Made by a program: the position numbers and the translations under genes. From Gammaproteobacteria bacterium (GTDB lineage: Bacteria > Pseudomonadota > Gammaproteobacteria > Eutrophobiales > Eutrophobiaceae): a DNA stretch of 64,000 bases. Shown here piece after piece: positions 40,591-51,794 of the stretch. The DNA is taken from assembly GCA_963422205.2 (NCBI GenBank), contig CAXMWX010000011.1, positions 1 to 64,000 of the forward strand, read 5' to 3'. Under the pieces are notes generated by a model, which was not told where the DNA came from, did not search any database, and worked only from the letters and a program-made list of their open reading frames with translations. The stretch's first letter is position 1, and each line of letters begins with the position of its first letter.

Positions 40591-42135
40591 CTAGACATTC
40601 ACCAGCCGCCGGATATGGGGCAACAGATCGCTGGCGAGCAGGCCACGTTCACCCGCACGGGCAGCCGCATCGCCGGCGGCGGCATGGACGTACACCGCCA
40701 GACAGGCCGCCTCGCCCCCCGACTGACCCTGGGCGAGCAAGGCGGCAATCATCCCCGACAACACATCGCCCATACCGCCGCTGCCCATGCCGGGGTTACC
40801 GGCGGTGCAGATATAGATGGTCTCATCGTCACCCTTGACCAGGCTGCCCGCCCCCTTGAGGACGATCGTTGCGCGGTATTTTTGCTGCAACTCGGCAATC
40901 GCCTGAAACCGATCCTGCTGTATGGTCATGGTGTCGGTCTGCAACAGCCGGGCGGCCTCACCCGGGTGTGGCGTCAGCACCCGATCACCAGATGACGTGC
41001 CAGTCAGACGGGTTGCTTCACTCGCTTCTTCGGCAAGCAAATTTAACGCATCGGCATCCAGCACCAGCGGCACGGTTGCCTGCAAGGCCAGAGTGAGCAA
41101 CTGCACCGCCCAGGCAGAGCGCCCCAGCCCCGGCCCGATGAGAATCACATCCGCCCGCTCTGCCACCGCCTGCACCTCGGCGACCTCCTCTGCCGCCACC
41201 GTCATCAGCTCAGGGCGATGGATGGCCAGTGTGCGGGCATGTGGCTTGCGGGTGGCGACCGTGATAAGCCCGGCCCCGGTGCGGGCGGCGGCCGTGGCGG
41301 CCAGGCAGACTGCCCCCAGATAACCGTAATCACCGCCGATAACCAGCACATGGCCGTGCCGGCCCTTGTGGGCGGTGCGTTCACGTGGTGCCAGATACTG
41401 CCGGCGTATACCCTCTTGCAGGCGGTACCTGCTGGCGGCCACCTGCTGATAGAGGGCATCCGGCAGTTGCAAATCGGCAAATAACAACTCGCCCACGCAA
41501 TCCGGGCCAGAGGCGGTCAACAGACCCTGCTTGATTCCAACGAAGGTAATCGTCTGGCTGGCCGCCACAGCCGTGCCGAGGACAGCCCCGCTATCGGCAT
41601 CCAGACCTGAGGGCAGATCCAACGACACCACCGGCACAGCGGCCTGGTTGATGAGGGTGATGGCATCGAAATAAGCCCCGGTAACAGGACGTGTCAGCCC
41701 GGTGCCGAGCAGCGCATCCACGATCAGTTCGGCAGCTGCCAACTGCTGCCGGTCAAGTGCCATCGAGACCTCGGCAGATTGACAATACAACTCGGCAGCC
41801 TTGAGGGCATCGCCGGTCAGCGACCGGGGCGGGCTTAAGGCGATGAGCTGAACATCCAACCCCGCCTCTCGGCCAAGCCGGGCAACGATATAACCATCAC
41901 CGGCATTGTTACCGCCACCACACAGAATCAGCAGTGATCGGCAGGCCGGGTAGCGGGCGGTGATCACAGCGAAGGCCGCGGCCCCGGCGCGCTGCATCAA
42001 GGCAAGGCCGGGTATGTCATGCGCTGTCATCGCCAAGTGATCCAGCATGCGTACCTGCGCGCGGCTGTAGACGGCTGCCGGGATGTCGGCGGTGAACAGT
42101 TGGCTGTCGTGATTCAGGCCGCTGTGCTTCAGCAT
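40591..42135 (-). CDS. nnr: Bifunctional NAD(P)HX epimerase/dehydratase
   Basis: [28 protein letters not shown] and GMGDVLSG. Confidence 0.95.
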   Translation of the reverse strand: MLKHSGLNHDSQLFTADIPAAVYSRAQVRMLDHLAMTAHDIPGLALMQRAGAAAFAVITARYPACRSLLILCGGGNNAGDGYIVARLGREAGLDVQLIALSPPRSLTGDALKAAELYCQSAEVSMALDRQQLAAAELIVDALLGTGLTRPVTGAYFDAITLINQAAVPVVSLDLPSGLDADSGAVLGTAVAASQTITFVGIKQGLLTASGPDCVGELLFADLQLPDALYQQVAASRYRLQEGIRRQYLAPRERTAHKGRHGHVLVIGGDYGYLGAVCLAATAAARTGAGLITVATRKPHARTLAIHRPELMTVAAEEVAEVQAVAERADVILIGPGLGRSAWAVQLLTLALQATVPLVLDADALNLLAEEASEATRLTGTSSGDRVLTPHPGEAARLLQTDTMTIQQDRFQAIAELQQKYRATIVLKGAGSLVKGDDETIYICTAGNPGMGSGGMGDVLSGMIAALLAQGQSGGEAACLAVYVHAAAGDAAARAGERGLLASDLLPHIRRLVNV

Positions 42136-42671
42136 GTAAAAAAGACGTCTCGGTAGTAGTGCAACTCGTCAATGGAATCGCGAATGTCCTGCATCGCCAG
42201 GTGGGCTGATTTTTTTTGCCACGGCGTGATGTCTCTGCCCCAGCGTTGCGCCAGCTCCTTGACCGTGCTGACATCGAGGTTACGGTAGTGGAAAAATTTT
42301 TCCAGAGCGGGCATGTGCCGGTATAAAAACCGCCGGTCCTGACAGATGCTGTTACCGCACATGGGCGAGGTGTTCTCCAGCGCATGGCACCGCAAAAAAT
42401 CCAGCGTTTCGGCCTCGGCCTCGGCCAGGTTGCACGTGCTTTCCCGCACCCGTTGCAACAGGCCGGACTGGCTGTGCTGGCGGGTGTTCCATTCATCCAT
42501 GGCCTGCAACACAGGCTCGGCCTGATGAATCGCAAACACCGGCCCGTCAGCGAGAATGGTCAACTCCCTGTCGGTGACGATGGTGGCAATTTCAAGGATG
42601 AGATCGCTGTCGGGGTCAAGCCCGGTCATTTCCAGATCTATCCAAATCAAATTCTCTTCAGAGACGCTCAT
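42129..42671 (-). CDS. orn: Oligoribonuclease
   Basis: [21 protein letters not shown] and DVSTVKEL. Confidence 0.97.
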   Translation of the reverse strand: MSVSEENLIWIDLEMTGLDPDSDLILEIATIVTDRELTILADGPVFAIHQAEPVLQAMDEWNTRQHSQSGLLQRVRESTCNLAEAEAETLDFLRCHALENTSPMCGNSICQDRRFLYRHMPALEKFFHYRNLDVSTVKELAQRWGRDITPWQKKSAHLAMQDIRDSIDELHYYRDVFFTC

Positions 42672-42777
42672 GCCGCTGTCCTGCCCCGGATGATCAAAAT
42701 TAAGTCATCATTTTAACTATCGTCTTAATACGAAATATACATGGGCATTGCAAACAGAATTTTATTACACTGTCGGC

Positions 42778-44016
42778 ATGAATAATTTCAGCTATGTCTT
42801 CCTGTTGTTTTTGGTGACGGGTGTATTTTTGCAATGGTATCTGTGCCGGCGGCATATCCGGCATATCCAGGCACACCGGGATGCGGTGCCGGCGGCATTT
42901 AAGGATAAAATCCCCTTATCGGCACACCAGAAGGCGGCGGATTATTGTACGGCCAAAACAGCCACGACCATGACCGAGCTCATCATCAGCGCCAGCCTGC
43001 TGTTGATCTGGACCTTCGGCGGGCTGCTGGAGTTTGTCGATCAGGCGGTGAGGATGCTGGCATTATCCGAGCTATGGACTGGCACGGTTTTTATGCTGGC
43101 GGTGATGTACAGTGCGGCTGTTTTTGATATGCCCATGTCGCTGTACCGGGCATTTGTGCTGGAACAGCGGTACGGTTTTAACAAGATGACCGCCCGACTA
43201 TTCATCACCGACATGGGCAAAAATGCCGTGTTGCTGCTGTTGATCGGCACCCCCATGATCATGCTGGTGCTCTTTATCATGGCGCATGCCGGCGGCTACT
43301 GGTGGCTGTATGTCTGGCTGACATGGCTGGGTTTCAGCCTGTTTATGCTGTGGGCTTACCCGACATTTATCGCACCGCTGTTCAATCAATTCAAACCGCT
43401 GGAAGATGCCGAGTTGAAGACCCGCATTGAAAACCTGCTCAGTCGTAACGGCTTCACCAGCCAGGGTATTTTTGTCATGGACGGCTCGGCACGCTCTACC
43501 CACGGCAATGCCTATTTCACCGGCCTGGGGGATAACAAACGTATCGTCTTCTTCGATACCCTGATCGGCGAGTTGAGTTACGATGAGATCGAGGCCGTGC
43601 TGGCGCATGAGCTGGGGCACTTTAAATGCAACCACATCAGAAAACGCATCGGTGTGATGGCGGTGGTGTTTTTACTGGGGTTTGCCCTGCTGGGCTACCT
43701 GCTCAATATGCCATGGTTCTACCACGGGCTGGGCGTCACCACAGCGAGCGATTACATGGCCCTGACGCTGTTCTTTATGGCAGCGCCCGCCTTCACCTTC
43801 GTGCTGCAACCGGCATTTTCCTACACCTCCCGCCGGCATGAGTTTGAAGCTGATGACTTTGCCGCCGAACAGGCACAGCGTGATAACCTGATCCGGGCGC
43901 TGGTGAAGCTGTACCGGGAGAACGCCAATACCTTAACGCCCGACCCGCTGTACTCGGCCTTCCATGATTCGCATCCGCCAGCACCGGTCAGGATCGCCCA
44001 TTTAACGGCGAGGTAA
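42778..44016 (+). CDS. M48 (Ste24-like) membrane metallopeptidase
   Basis: NAYFTG, AHELGH, EFEAD and SHPP. Confidence 0.94.
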   Translation: MNNFSYVFLLFLVTGVFLQWYLCRRHIRHIQAHRDAVPAAFKDKIPLSAHQKAADYCTAKTATTMTELIISASLLLIWTFGGLLEFVDQAVRMLALSELWTGTVFMLAVMYSAAVFDMPMSLYRAFVLEQRYGFNKMTARLFITDMGKNAVLLLLIGTPMIMLVLFIMAHAGGYWWLYVWLTWLGFSLFMLWAYPTFIAPLFNQFKPLEDAELKTRIENLLSRNGFTSQGIFVMDGSARSTHGNAYFTGLGDNKRIVFFDTLIGELSYDEIEAVLAHELGHFKCNHIRKRIGVMAVVFLLGFALLGYLLNMPWFYHGLGVTTASDYMALTLFFMAAPAFTFVLQPAFSYTSRRHEFEADDFAAEQAQRDNLIRALVKLYRENANTLTPDPLYSAFHDSHPPAPVRIAHLTAR

Positions 44017-44105
44017 ATCCGGCCCCAAAAATCAAGCCAGGAAATCAAACCCGAAAATCAAACCCGGAAACCAGGTCAAGAAATCAGCCCTGAGAATCAG
44101 ACGCC
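44015..44105. repeat. Degenerate 13-bp tandem repeat, about 7 units (consensus near GAAATCAAACCCG)
   Basis: Units AAAATCAAGCCAG, GAAATCAAACCCG, AAAATCAAACCCG, GAAACCAGGTCAA, GAAATCAGCCCTG, AGAATCAGACGCC. Confidence 0.7.
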
Positions 44106-44173
44106 GGGCCAATCGCCATCATAACATCCTGTACCCGTGCGGGCAGAATCACCCTGCCCGGCATGTATCGTTA

Positions 44174-44794
44174 TCATGAACCCACGTCCTGCCGGCCGGC
44201 CAGGGCATGTGACAAGGTGTTGCTGTCAATATATTCCAACTCGCCTCCCAGGGGCACGCCGTGGGCGATGCGGCTGACTTTGACCGCCGCCGGCCGCACC
44301 ATTTCGGTGATGTAATGCGCCGTGGCCTCACCTTCAATGGTCGAATTGGTGGCCAGGATAATCTCGTTGACCTCGCTGGCGGCAAGGCGCTCAGGCAGGG
44401 CATCCAGGCCCAACTCCGCCGGGCCGATGCCATCCAGCGGCGATAAATGCCCCAGCAAGACAAAATAGACGCCCCGGTAGCCGGCTTCCTCCATCGCCTG
44501 CACATCCGCCGGCGACTCGACGATGCAAAGCTGCGCCTGCTCTCGTTTGCCGTTATCACAAATGCCGCATAAGTCATTTTCGGTAAAATTGCGGCAACGC
44601 ACACAATGGCCGACCTGCTGCATGGCCTGTGCAATCGCCTCGGCCAGATGCCTGCCGCCGGCACGGTCACGCTGCAACAGGTGATAGCTCATGCGCTGTG
44701 CGGACTTCCTGCCCACACCGGGCAAACAACACAGCGCCTTGATGAGTGTATTCAGGCAGACAGAGCCGGACATACCCGTTTCGTTGGGCCTCAC
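44174..44794 (-). CDS. recR: Recombination mediator RecR
   Basis: [12 protein letters not shown]4 zinc finger, Toprim CIVESPAD and EGEATA. Confidence 0.97.
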   Translation of the reverse strand: MRPNETGMSGSVCLNTLIKALCCLPGVGRKSAQRMSYHLLQRDRAGGRHLAEAIAQAMQQVGHCVRCRNFTENDLCGICDNGKREQAQLCIVESPADVQAMEEAGYRGVYFVLLGHLSPLDGIGPAELGLDALPERLAASEVNEIILATNSTIEGEATAHYITEMVRPAAVKVSRIAHGVPLGGELEYIDSNTLSHALAGRQDVGS

Positions 44795-45096
44795 AAGGGC
44801 AGCTTGAAACCGCCAGTCAATGCCGACTGCTTTTCCTGTACCACCTTCTCAACCCGCCGGTTGGCATCGTTGATGGCGGCAGCAATCAGGTCTTCCAGCA
44901 TCGCCTTGTCCGATTCATAAACCGCATCGTCAATCGTCAGGCGTTTCACATCATGCTGCCCGGTCATCACAACTTTTACCAGCCCGGCACCGGCCTCGCC
45001 AGTGACTTCAAGACTGGCCATATCCCGCTGCATTTGCTCAACCCTGGCCTGCATCTCCTTGGCCTGCTGCATGATATCGCCCATGCCAAATTTCAT
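44791..45096 (-). CDS. ybaB: YbaB/EbfC nucleoid-associated protein
   Basis: [22 protein letters not shown]. Between dnaX and recR. Confidence 0.95.
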   Translation of the reverse strand: MKFGMGDIMQQAKEMQARVEQMQRDMASLEVTGEAGAGLVKVVMTGQHDVKRLTIDDAVYESDKAMLEDLIAAAINDANRRVEKVVQEKQSALTGGFKLPL

Positions 45097-46709
45097 CGTT
45101 CCTGCTCCCCGGTGCCGGATACCAGCCGGGTGGCCTCCTGATCGATAGTGCCGTCAAACGTGGTCAGGAGGTGCTGCACATGGTTATCGTCCTGAATGGA
45201 TTGCACTGCCGCCTGTCTCGCCTCCGCCGCTTTTCTGCTCTGCATTTGCACCGGGTTCTCATGAGTACAATCATCCACGGTGATCAGCAGCCGGATCTGC
45301 TCCCCCAGATGCTGCCTGATGGCCTCCTGCAAGCGTTCTTTTTGTGCAGCTTTTAGCAGATATTCCTGCCCCGGCGGTAACACCAGGTGGATTTTTTCGC
45401 TGTCATACGCTTGCAGGGAGCAGTGAGCGGCCAGTTCCCTGGCCAGCCCGGTCAGCGCCATCTGTTCTATCAGCTTCTGCCAGCCCTCGCCACTCACAAC
45501 GGGCAGAGGATCATCGGCTTGCGTTTGTTTGGCTTGCGTTGGCGCTGCGACCGGCGCACGGTTGGTACTGCCAGCCACCGGGTCATCACGGCGTCTGCCG
45601 GGCTGATCCTGACCTGCCGCAGGCGGGCTTGCCTTCCAGGGCTGGAACGCCAGCAGCCTGATGATGGTCATTTCAAACCCCATGCGTGAGTCCGGTGCCA
45701 TGGCGATATCCTGCCTGCCATGCAGCAGGATCTGATAGTACAACTGGATATCCTCGGGGGTAAGTTTATCCGCATACGGCTTGATAGCCGGATCGATCGT
45801 ATCCGTCTCTGGCAGTAACACCTGTGCTACGGCAATCTGATGCAGCAGGGCGAGCAACTCGGCCAGCACCGTATCATAATCCGGTGCCGTCTCCGCCATG
45901 CGGGTGATCTGCTGTATGACCTCGGCGGGTTTGTTGGCAATGATATTATCCAGCAGGGCAAACAGCGTGTCCTGCTTTAAGGTGCCCAGCATGGTGCTGA
46001 TCGCCGCTTCAGTCAGCTCGCCCCGGGCATAGGAAATGGCCTGATCCAGTATGCTCAAGGCATCCCGCATACTGCCCTCGGCGGCAATCGCAATCAGCCG
46101 CCCTGCCACGGCATCACAGCCGATACCTTCGGCTTTCAGAATGCTTATCAACTGCTGTTCAATCTGCTCACTGGTGAGGTGTTTGAGGTTAAACTGCAAG
46201 CAGCGTGACAGGATGGTGATCGGGATCTTTTTGGCCTCAGTCGTTGCCAGCAGAAATTTCACGTGTGGCGGGGGTTCTTCCAGCGTCTTTAACAAGGCAT
46301 TGAAACTGTGATTGGAAAACATGTGTACCTCGTCAATCAGGTACACCTTATAGCGGCCCGAAGTAGGCGCATACTGGACGTTATCCATCAAATCACGGGT
46401 CTCTTCCACCTTCGCCCGGGAGGCGGCATCCACTTCAATCAGGTCGATAAAACGCCCCTCATCAATACCCAGACAGGCACCGCACTCACCGCAAGGCTTT
46501 GAGCTGACACCGGCTTCACAGTTAAGGCACTTGGCCAGGATGCGCGCCAAGGTGGTCTTGCCGACACCACGTGTGCCGGTGAACAGGTAGGCATGGTGCA
46601 GGCGATCTGTATCCAGTGCATTAATCAGCGCTTGCAAGACATGCGACTGCCCTACCATATCCTGAAACAGACGGGGACGCCATTTGCGCGCCAGGACTTG
46701 ATAACTCAT
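45093..46709 (-). CDS. dnaX: DNA polymerase III subunit gamma/tau
   Basis: MSYQVLARKWRP, GTRGVGKTT, IDEVHM and SRC. Confidence 0.98.
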   Translation of the reverse strand: MSYQVLARKWRPRLFQDMVGQSHVLQALINALDTDRLHHAYLFTGTRGVGKTTLARILAKCLNCEAGVSSKPCGECGACLGIDEGRFIDLIEVDAASRAKVEETRDLMDNVQYAPTSGRYKVYLIDEVHMFSNHSFNALLKTLEEPPPHVKFLLATTEAKKIPITILSRCLQFNLKHLTSEQIEQQLISILKAEGIGCDAVAGRLIAIAAEGSMRDALSILDQAISYARGELTEAAISTMLGTLKQDTLFALLDNIIANKPAEVIQQITRMAETAPDYDTVLAELLALLHQIAVAQVLLPETDTIDPAIKPYADKLTPEDIQLYYQILLHGRQDIAMAPDSRMGFEMTIIRLLAFQPWKASPPAAGQDQPGRRRDDPVAGSTNRAPVAAPTQAKQTQADDPLPVVSGEGWQKLIEQMALTGLARELAAHCSLQAYDSEKIHLVLPPGQEYLLKAAQKERLQEAIRQHLGEQIRLLITVDDCTHENPVQMQSRKAAEARQAAVQSIQDDNHVQHLLTTFDGTIDQEATRLVSGTGEQER

Positions 46710-46790
46710 CAGATTATGCCGACCTCAAAGCCGCCTGCCGCGTTTCTCCGTGGCGGCAGGCCGGTGCTGTTGTTACAGTGAATACAAGAA

Positions 46791-46902
46791 GCGACCTGCA
46801 TCGTTCTGCACCCGGCACCCGCATCCACTGCTACCGCTGCTCCCTTCCGGGCCTGACGGGGTTCACAACTTCGCGCTGCTGAGGAGACCGACACAGGTCA
46901 CC
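46791..46902 (-). ncRNA. ffs: Signal recognition particle (4.5S) RNA
   Basis: Minus strand GAACCCCGTCAGGCCCGGAAGGGAGCAGCGGTA (helix 8, GGAA loop). Terminal stem GGTGACCTG/CAGGTCGC. Upstream of dnaX. Ends approximate. Confidence 0.9.
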
Positions 46903-46989
46903 CGGCGATCATACCACACCTAATCCGGCAAGTTCAGAGTTCGGCGCCACGGATTAAGAAGCCGCCGACATCAGCCAGCGAGCCAGGAC

Positions 46990-48183
46990 TCAGGTCATGA
47001 TCCTGGCGATTGAGTCAGCCACATACGCCACATTGCCCGGTTTGATTCCGGCCAGATTGATACGGCCGTTCTCCGGCAGATAAATGCTGTAATCACTCAC
47101 CAGGCGGGCGGCCTGCTGTTGGCTGATCCCCAGCAGCGAAAACATGCCGTATTGTTGTTTAAGAAAATGAAAATCCCCCACCGCCCGACTGCCAAGTGCA
47201 TCTGCCAACAGTTGGCGGTTTCCAGTCAGGCGATCACGCATCACATCCAGCTCTGCCAGCCATTCGGCTTCAAGCGCATCATCGCTGAGGATAGAGGAGA
47301 CCAGCGCCGCACCATGGTGGGGCGGCACCGAGTACATCGTGCGAACGATATGGTAGGCATTGCTGAAGGCAGCCTGGGTGGCCGCTTGATCTCTTCCCAA
47401 GATAAGCAAGGCGCCCACCCGGTCACGATAAAGCCCAAAGTTCTTGGAACAGGAATAGGCCAGCATGGCCTCCGGCACAGCGGCGAGCAAGCGGCGCACC
47501 GGCTTGAGATCATCGCTGATGGGCAGGGCAAAACCATGGTAGGCAATGTCGATAAACGGGATCAGGCCCTTCGCTGTGCATAATGCCGTCAAGTCGGCCC
47601 AATGCGCCTCACTGAGATCAGCCCCGGTCGGGTTGTGACAACTGCCATGCAGCAGCACAATATCGCCAGCCTCGGCACGATCTTCAAGATGCGAGAGCAT
47701 CGCCTCGGCCAGCACCGCATGGCTGGCGTTGTCGTAATAGGGATAGCCCTCCAGTTGCATACCGGTAGCCGACAGCAGCGGGGCATGATTCGCCCAGGTA
47801 GGTGAGCTGGTCCAGATGGTCACCGTCGGGCTGGCACGGCGAATCAGCTCGCCTGCCACCCGCAGCGCACCGCTGCCGCCGGGCGTCTGTAACAGGCGCA
47901 CGCGCGCCGTCCCGATGGCGGTCAGGGCATCACCCAGGATCAACCCGCTGATGCGTTCGGCAAACTGTGGATCACCGGCGGGACTGAAATAAGTCTTGGT
48001 TGTTTCGGTCTCATGGCGGATAGCCTCGGCCTTTTTAATCGCCGTTAATATGGGCGTCTCACCCGCCTCATCCTGATACACCCCCACCCCCAGATCCACC
48101 TTATCGGGATTGGCATCCGCCCGGTACAGATCGATCAGTTTCAGGATGGAATCCGGGGGCACCCGTTTCAGTGTCTCGTACAT
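46990..48183 (-). CDS. tyrB: Aromatic amino acid/aspartate aminotransferase (TyrB/AspC family)
   Basis: KVDLGVGVY, TPGGSGALR, HNPTG and SCSKNFGLYRDRVG. Confidence 0.9.
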   Translation of the reverse strand: MYETLKRVPPDSILKLIDLYRADANPDKVDLGVGVYQDEAGETPILTAIKKAEAIRHETETTKTYFSPAGDPQFAERISGLILGDALTAIGTARVRLLQTPGGSGALRVAGELIRRASPTVTIWTSSPTWANHAPLLSATGMQLEGYPYYDNASHAVLAEAMLSHLEDRAEAGDIVLLHGSCHNPTGADLSEAHWADLTALCTAKGLIPFIDIAYHGFALPISDDLKPVRRLLAAVPEAMLAYSCSKNFGLYRDRVGALLILGRDQAATQAAFSNAYHIVRTMYSVPPHHGAALVSSILSDDALEAEWLAELDVMRDRLTGNRQLLADALGSRAVGDFHFLKQQYGMFSLLGISQQQAARLVSDYSIYLPENGRINLAGIKPGNVAYVADSIARIMT

Positions 48184-48185
48184 GA

Positions 48186-49814
48186 CTAGCCTGCCTTTCG
48201 CATATTTTTTATGCCGTCCACAAAACGGTTCAGTGTGGTTGACATCAGCCCGCGCTGCAAACGAATATCAATTAATCGAAATGTTGAATCGTCCTGAAAA
48301 GCCGTGTCCATGGCCGCATATAATTGCCCCCTGGTGGTCACACTGTCGCCACGGCCACCGATCGCCTCGGCGATGGCGGCAAAATTCAGGGTATCGAGAT
48401 CATTAAAGCCGGATTCGGGCTGGAACGCCCGGAGCATCTCCCAGCTGCTGTTATTAAATACCAGCACAATGGGAGACCAGCCGTAGCGCGGACAGTTTAG
48501 CAATTCAATACCGGTCATCTGAAAAGCGCCATCACCCACCAACACCAAAGGCCGCCTGCCGGTGGCCGCCTGCACACCCAGGCCCGCCGGCACACCATAG
48601 CCCATCGTGGCATAGTATCCCGGGGCAACCAGTTCAGTATATTCGATATCCATGGCGGTAAACAAACAATCGCCCATATCCGCCGCTATCGGCAGTGGCC
48701 CATGCTGGCTGAACATATCGTTCACGGCGGTGGCAATATCGGTCGGCGTGATCGGTGCATCATCCACACAGAGCTGCCCGGGGAAGTCAAACACGGGCAC
48801 GGAGGGGATTGGCCTGGCGGGCAGCTTGCTGTTTAACGCCAGCACCAGCTCCTTGAGAGGGATCGCCGGGTAGGTGTGATAGGCCAGCGAGACAGCGCCT
48901 TCATAGGCCGTGATGGTCTTTCTCAAGTCAATTTTTTTCTCGGAGATCCCGAAATTGGTATCCGATAACAACACGCCCAATAAAAACAAGCCATCGGAGG
49001 ATTCCACCAGGCGGGTTAATTCCGGCTCCCCGGCCACTCCCATATACGTGCCCTTGAGATCCACCGCCTGCCCGGCCAGCAGACCCCGGCCCATGAAGGT
49101 GGTGGCCACCGGGATCCCCAGCTTCTGACTTAGCTCGGTCACCGCCTGTTCCAGCCCGTAACGACGTATCTCAACACCGACCATCAGCACGGGCGAGGCC
49201 GCCTGTTCCAGGATGGCAATGATCTCATCGGTACAGGCATTTAAGGCATCTTTATCTACCTCGGTGGCGGCTAGCGGCGGCGGGATGGCCGCACAGGGTT
49301 CAAACACCTTGTCCCGCGGCACTTCAATATAGACCGGGCGAGATTCAGCAAGGCAGTTTCGCAACACCCTGGCAATCTGCGCCGGTGCCTGCTGCACGTC
49401 ATCTATCACCACCTGATCGCAGGTCACTTCCTTATACACCTGCAACTGCGAGTTGAGTTGCTTTGCCTGATGATGCACCAGCAGGCCCGTCGATCTGTCC
49501 GCCTGCCCCGGCCCGCCGGAGATCACAATCACAGGCGCCCGCTCGGCATAGGCAGCGGCGATCGGGTTGACCATATTAAAAGCACCGGCGCCATAGGTCA
49601 CCGCCGCCACAGACGGCTTGCAATGAAAGCGGGAGGCGGCATCGGCGGCAAAGCCCACGGCCGGTTCGTGGCTCAAGGTATACAGCGGTAACTGCCGGCT
49701 CTCCTCTATGACTTTGAACAGCGGTAAGGCAAAATCACCGGGGATGCCAAATATCTCCCTGGCACCGTAAGCCTTCAAGGCCACAAGCAACTGCTCGGCA
49801 AGATTCATGCTCAC
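48186..49814 (-). CDS. ipdC: Indolepyruvate/phenylpyruvate decarboxylase (Azospirillum type)
   Basis: FGIPGDFALP, LSHEPAVGFAADA, DMGDCLF and GDGAFQMTG. Confidence 0.9.
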   Translation of the reverse strand: MSMNLAEQLLVALKAYGAREIFGIPGDFALPLFKVIEESRQLPLYTLSHEPAVGFAADAASRFHCKPSVAAVTYGAGAFNMVNPIAAAYAERAPVIVISGGPGQADRSTGLLVHHQAKQLNSQLQVYKEVTCDQVVIDDVQQAPAQIARVLRNCLAESRPVYIEVPRDKVFEPCAAIPPPLAATEVDKDALNACTDEIIAILEQAASPVLMVGVEIRRYGLEQAVTELSQKLGIPVATTFMGRGLLAGQAVDLKGTYMGVAGEPELTRLVESSDGLFLLGVLLSDTNFGISEKKIDLRKTITAYEGAVSLAYHTYPAIPLKELVLALNSKLPARPIPSVPVFDFPGQLCVDDAPITPTDIATAVNDMFSQHGPLPIAADMGDCLFTAMDIEYTELVAPGYYATMGYGVPAGLGVQAATGRRPLVLVGDGAFQMTGIELLNCPRYGWSPIVLVFNNSSWEMLRAFQPESGFNDLDTLNFAAIAEAIGGRGDSVTTRGQLYAAMDTAFQDDSTFRLIDIRLQRGLMSTTLNRFVDGIKNMRKAG

Positions 49815-50022
49815 ATCTCACGGTAAAATGAGTCAGGTCATCTTAATACATATCGCCACGGATTAAATTATTTTTACAGCAACATCTGGCAGCTTTGCAA
49901 ACGCAGTATGACAGCGGGAAATAACCCCGCTGCTTTGGCGAGTATTTTATGTCTTTGCGGCGGGGCAAGGGCAATGCTCCGGCAGGTTTGCCGTTCGTAC
50001 CCTTCTGTCGCTGCCAGCATCC

Positions 50023-50322
50023 TCAAGGCGTATCGTCGGTACGATTTGCATAGGTGTCCAGTTGCTCTGCTGTGGCCGTCTTTTGATATTTTTCCTTCCA
50101 TTGACTGTACGGCATACCATAGATGATCTCCCTGGCGGCCTCATAGTCTATCTTGATATCTCGTTGCTCTGCCGCCGCCTGATACCATTTTGATAAACAG
50201 TTACGGCAAAACCCCGCCAGGTTCATCAAATCAATATTCTGTACTTCTGTGTGCTCACGCAGGTAGGAGACCAGATGTCGAAATGTGGCGGCTTCCAGTT
50301 CACGTTGTGTTTGGGTATCCAC
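50023..50322 (-). CDS. DUF1244 protein
   Basis: VQNIDLMNLAGFCRNCLSKW, YGMPY. GGAGG RBS before GTG. Confidence 0.9.
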   Translation of the reverse strand: MDTQTQRELEAATFRHLVSYLREHTEVQNIDLMNLAGFCRNCLSKWYQAAAEQRDIKIDYEAAREIIYGMPYSQWKEKYQKTATAEQLDTYANRTDDTP

Positions 50323-50423
50323 GACAATCACCTCCGTCTTGTTGCAAGGATGAGAATGGCGCTATTATAGCCTGCTGAACGTAAAACAATACGATTAATC
50401 AAGCGGTCGGAGCCGATAAAACA

Positions 50424-51752
50424 TTGCCGGGGAAAAACTTGCATCGCATTGTCATCATAGGGGGTGGGGCCGGTGGTTTGGAGCTGGCCACACGCCTGGG
50501 ACACAAGCTGGGCAGGAAGAGGCGCGCCCACATCACCTTGATTGACGCCACCTTGACACATCTGTGGAAACCGCTGCTGCATGAGGTCGCCGCCGGTACC
50601 CTTAACTCGCACGAAGATGAGCTAAGCTATCTGGCACAGGCACACTGGAATCATTTTACCTTCCGGCTGGGGCGGGTAGATCACATAGACCGCAGCAGGC
50701 GGCACGTCAGCACAGCGCCCACGCTGGATGAGGATGAGAACGCCTATATCCCGCGCCGGGACTTTCCCTACGACACCTTGATCATCGCGGTCGGCAGCAT
50801 TTCAAACGATTTTCATATTGCCGGGGTAGCACAGCACTGCCATTTTATTGATCAGACGAATCAGGCGGAGAGCTTTCACCAGCATCTGTTGAAGGCCTAT
50901 TACACCGCCGATACCCAGAAGGATGAGCTGCGCGCCGGCCAGCTGCATATCGCCATTGCCGGTGCGGGTGCAACCGGTGTTGAACTGGCGGCCGAGTTGT
51001 ACCGCTCTACCCGGGATCTGATCACCTACGGCCTTAATCGCATTCAGCCGGATAAACATCTGAAAATCACGCTCATAGAAGCTGCGGAGCGGATCCTGCC
51101 GGGCCTGCCGCCAAGACTCTCGCAGCAGGTGACCGATAATCTCAGACGAATCGGCATTGAGGTCGTGACCAATGAGCAGATCAGCAAGGCAACAGCAGAT
51201 GCCTACATCACGGCCAGTGGCAAGGCAATCCCCGCACAGATTAAAGTGTGGGCTGCTGGCGTTAAGGCGCCGGATTTTCTTAACAGGATTGACGGGCTTG
51301 AGACCAACAGGATCAATCAACTCCTGGTCAAGCCAACGCTGCAAACGACCCGGGATGAGGCTGTTTTTGCCCTTGGCGATTGTGCGGCCTGTCCGCTGGA
51401 AGATGGATCGGGCACGGTGCCGCCACGGGCACAGGCGGCACATCAGCAGGCCACATTGCTGGTGCAGACAATGCAGCATCGCCTCGCCGCCAGGCCGCTG
51501 CCGAGCTATCGCTATGTGGATTACGGCTCACTGATCACGATGAGTCAATACGCTGTTGTGGGCAGCCTGATGGGCAATATCGCCCGGCTTTGGTCAAGCC
51601 GGGTCTTTGTTGAAGGCACACTCGCCCGCCTCGTCTATCTCTCGCTCTACAAACTGCATCAACTGGCCTTGTTTGGTGTTATCCGCATCACGCTGCTGAC
51701 CGTTGCCAATATCTTGACGCGCAAGGTGAAGCCACGCATGAAGCTGCACTAG
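50424..51752 (+). CDS. ndh: Type II NADH dehydrogenase
   Basis: GGGAGG, WKPLLHEVAAG, GAGATGVELAAE and VPPRAQAAHQQA. Confidence 0.93.
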   Translation: MPGKNLHRIVIIGGGAGGLELATRLGHKLGRKRRAHITLIDATLTHLWKPLLHEVAAGTLNSHEDELSYLAQAHWNHFTFRLGRVDHIDRSRRHVSTAPTLDEDENAYIPRRDFPYDTLIIAVGSISNDFHIAGVAQHCHFIDQTNQAESFHQHLLKAYYTADTQKDELRAGQLHIAIAGAGATGVELAAELYRSTRDLITYGLNRIQPDKHLKITLIEAAERILPGLPPRLSQQVTDNLRRIGIEVVTNEQISKATADAYITASGKAIPAQIKVWAAGVKAPDFLNRIDGLETNRINQLLVKPTLQTTRDEAVFALGDCAACPLEDGSGTVPPRAQAAHQQATLLVQTMQHRLAARPLPSYRYVDYGSLITMSQYAVVGSLMGNIARLWSSRVFVEGTLARLVYLSLYKLHQLALFGVIRITLLTVANILTRKVKPRMKLH

Positions 51753-51794
51753 CCGCTGCCCGGCGATACCGCACCATGGCAGCCAGGCACACCT

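Noticed and set aside
45093-46709. Programmed gamma/tau frameshift in dnaX
   Set aside because: No A-AAA-AAG slippery site with a downstream hairpin was noticed at the expected position.
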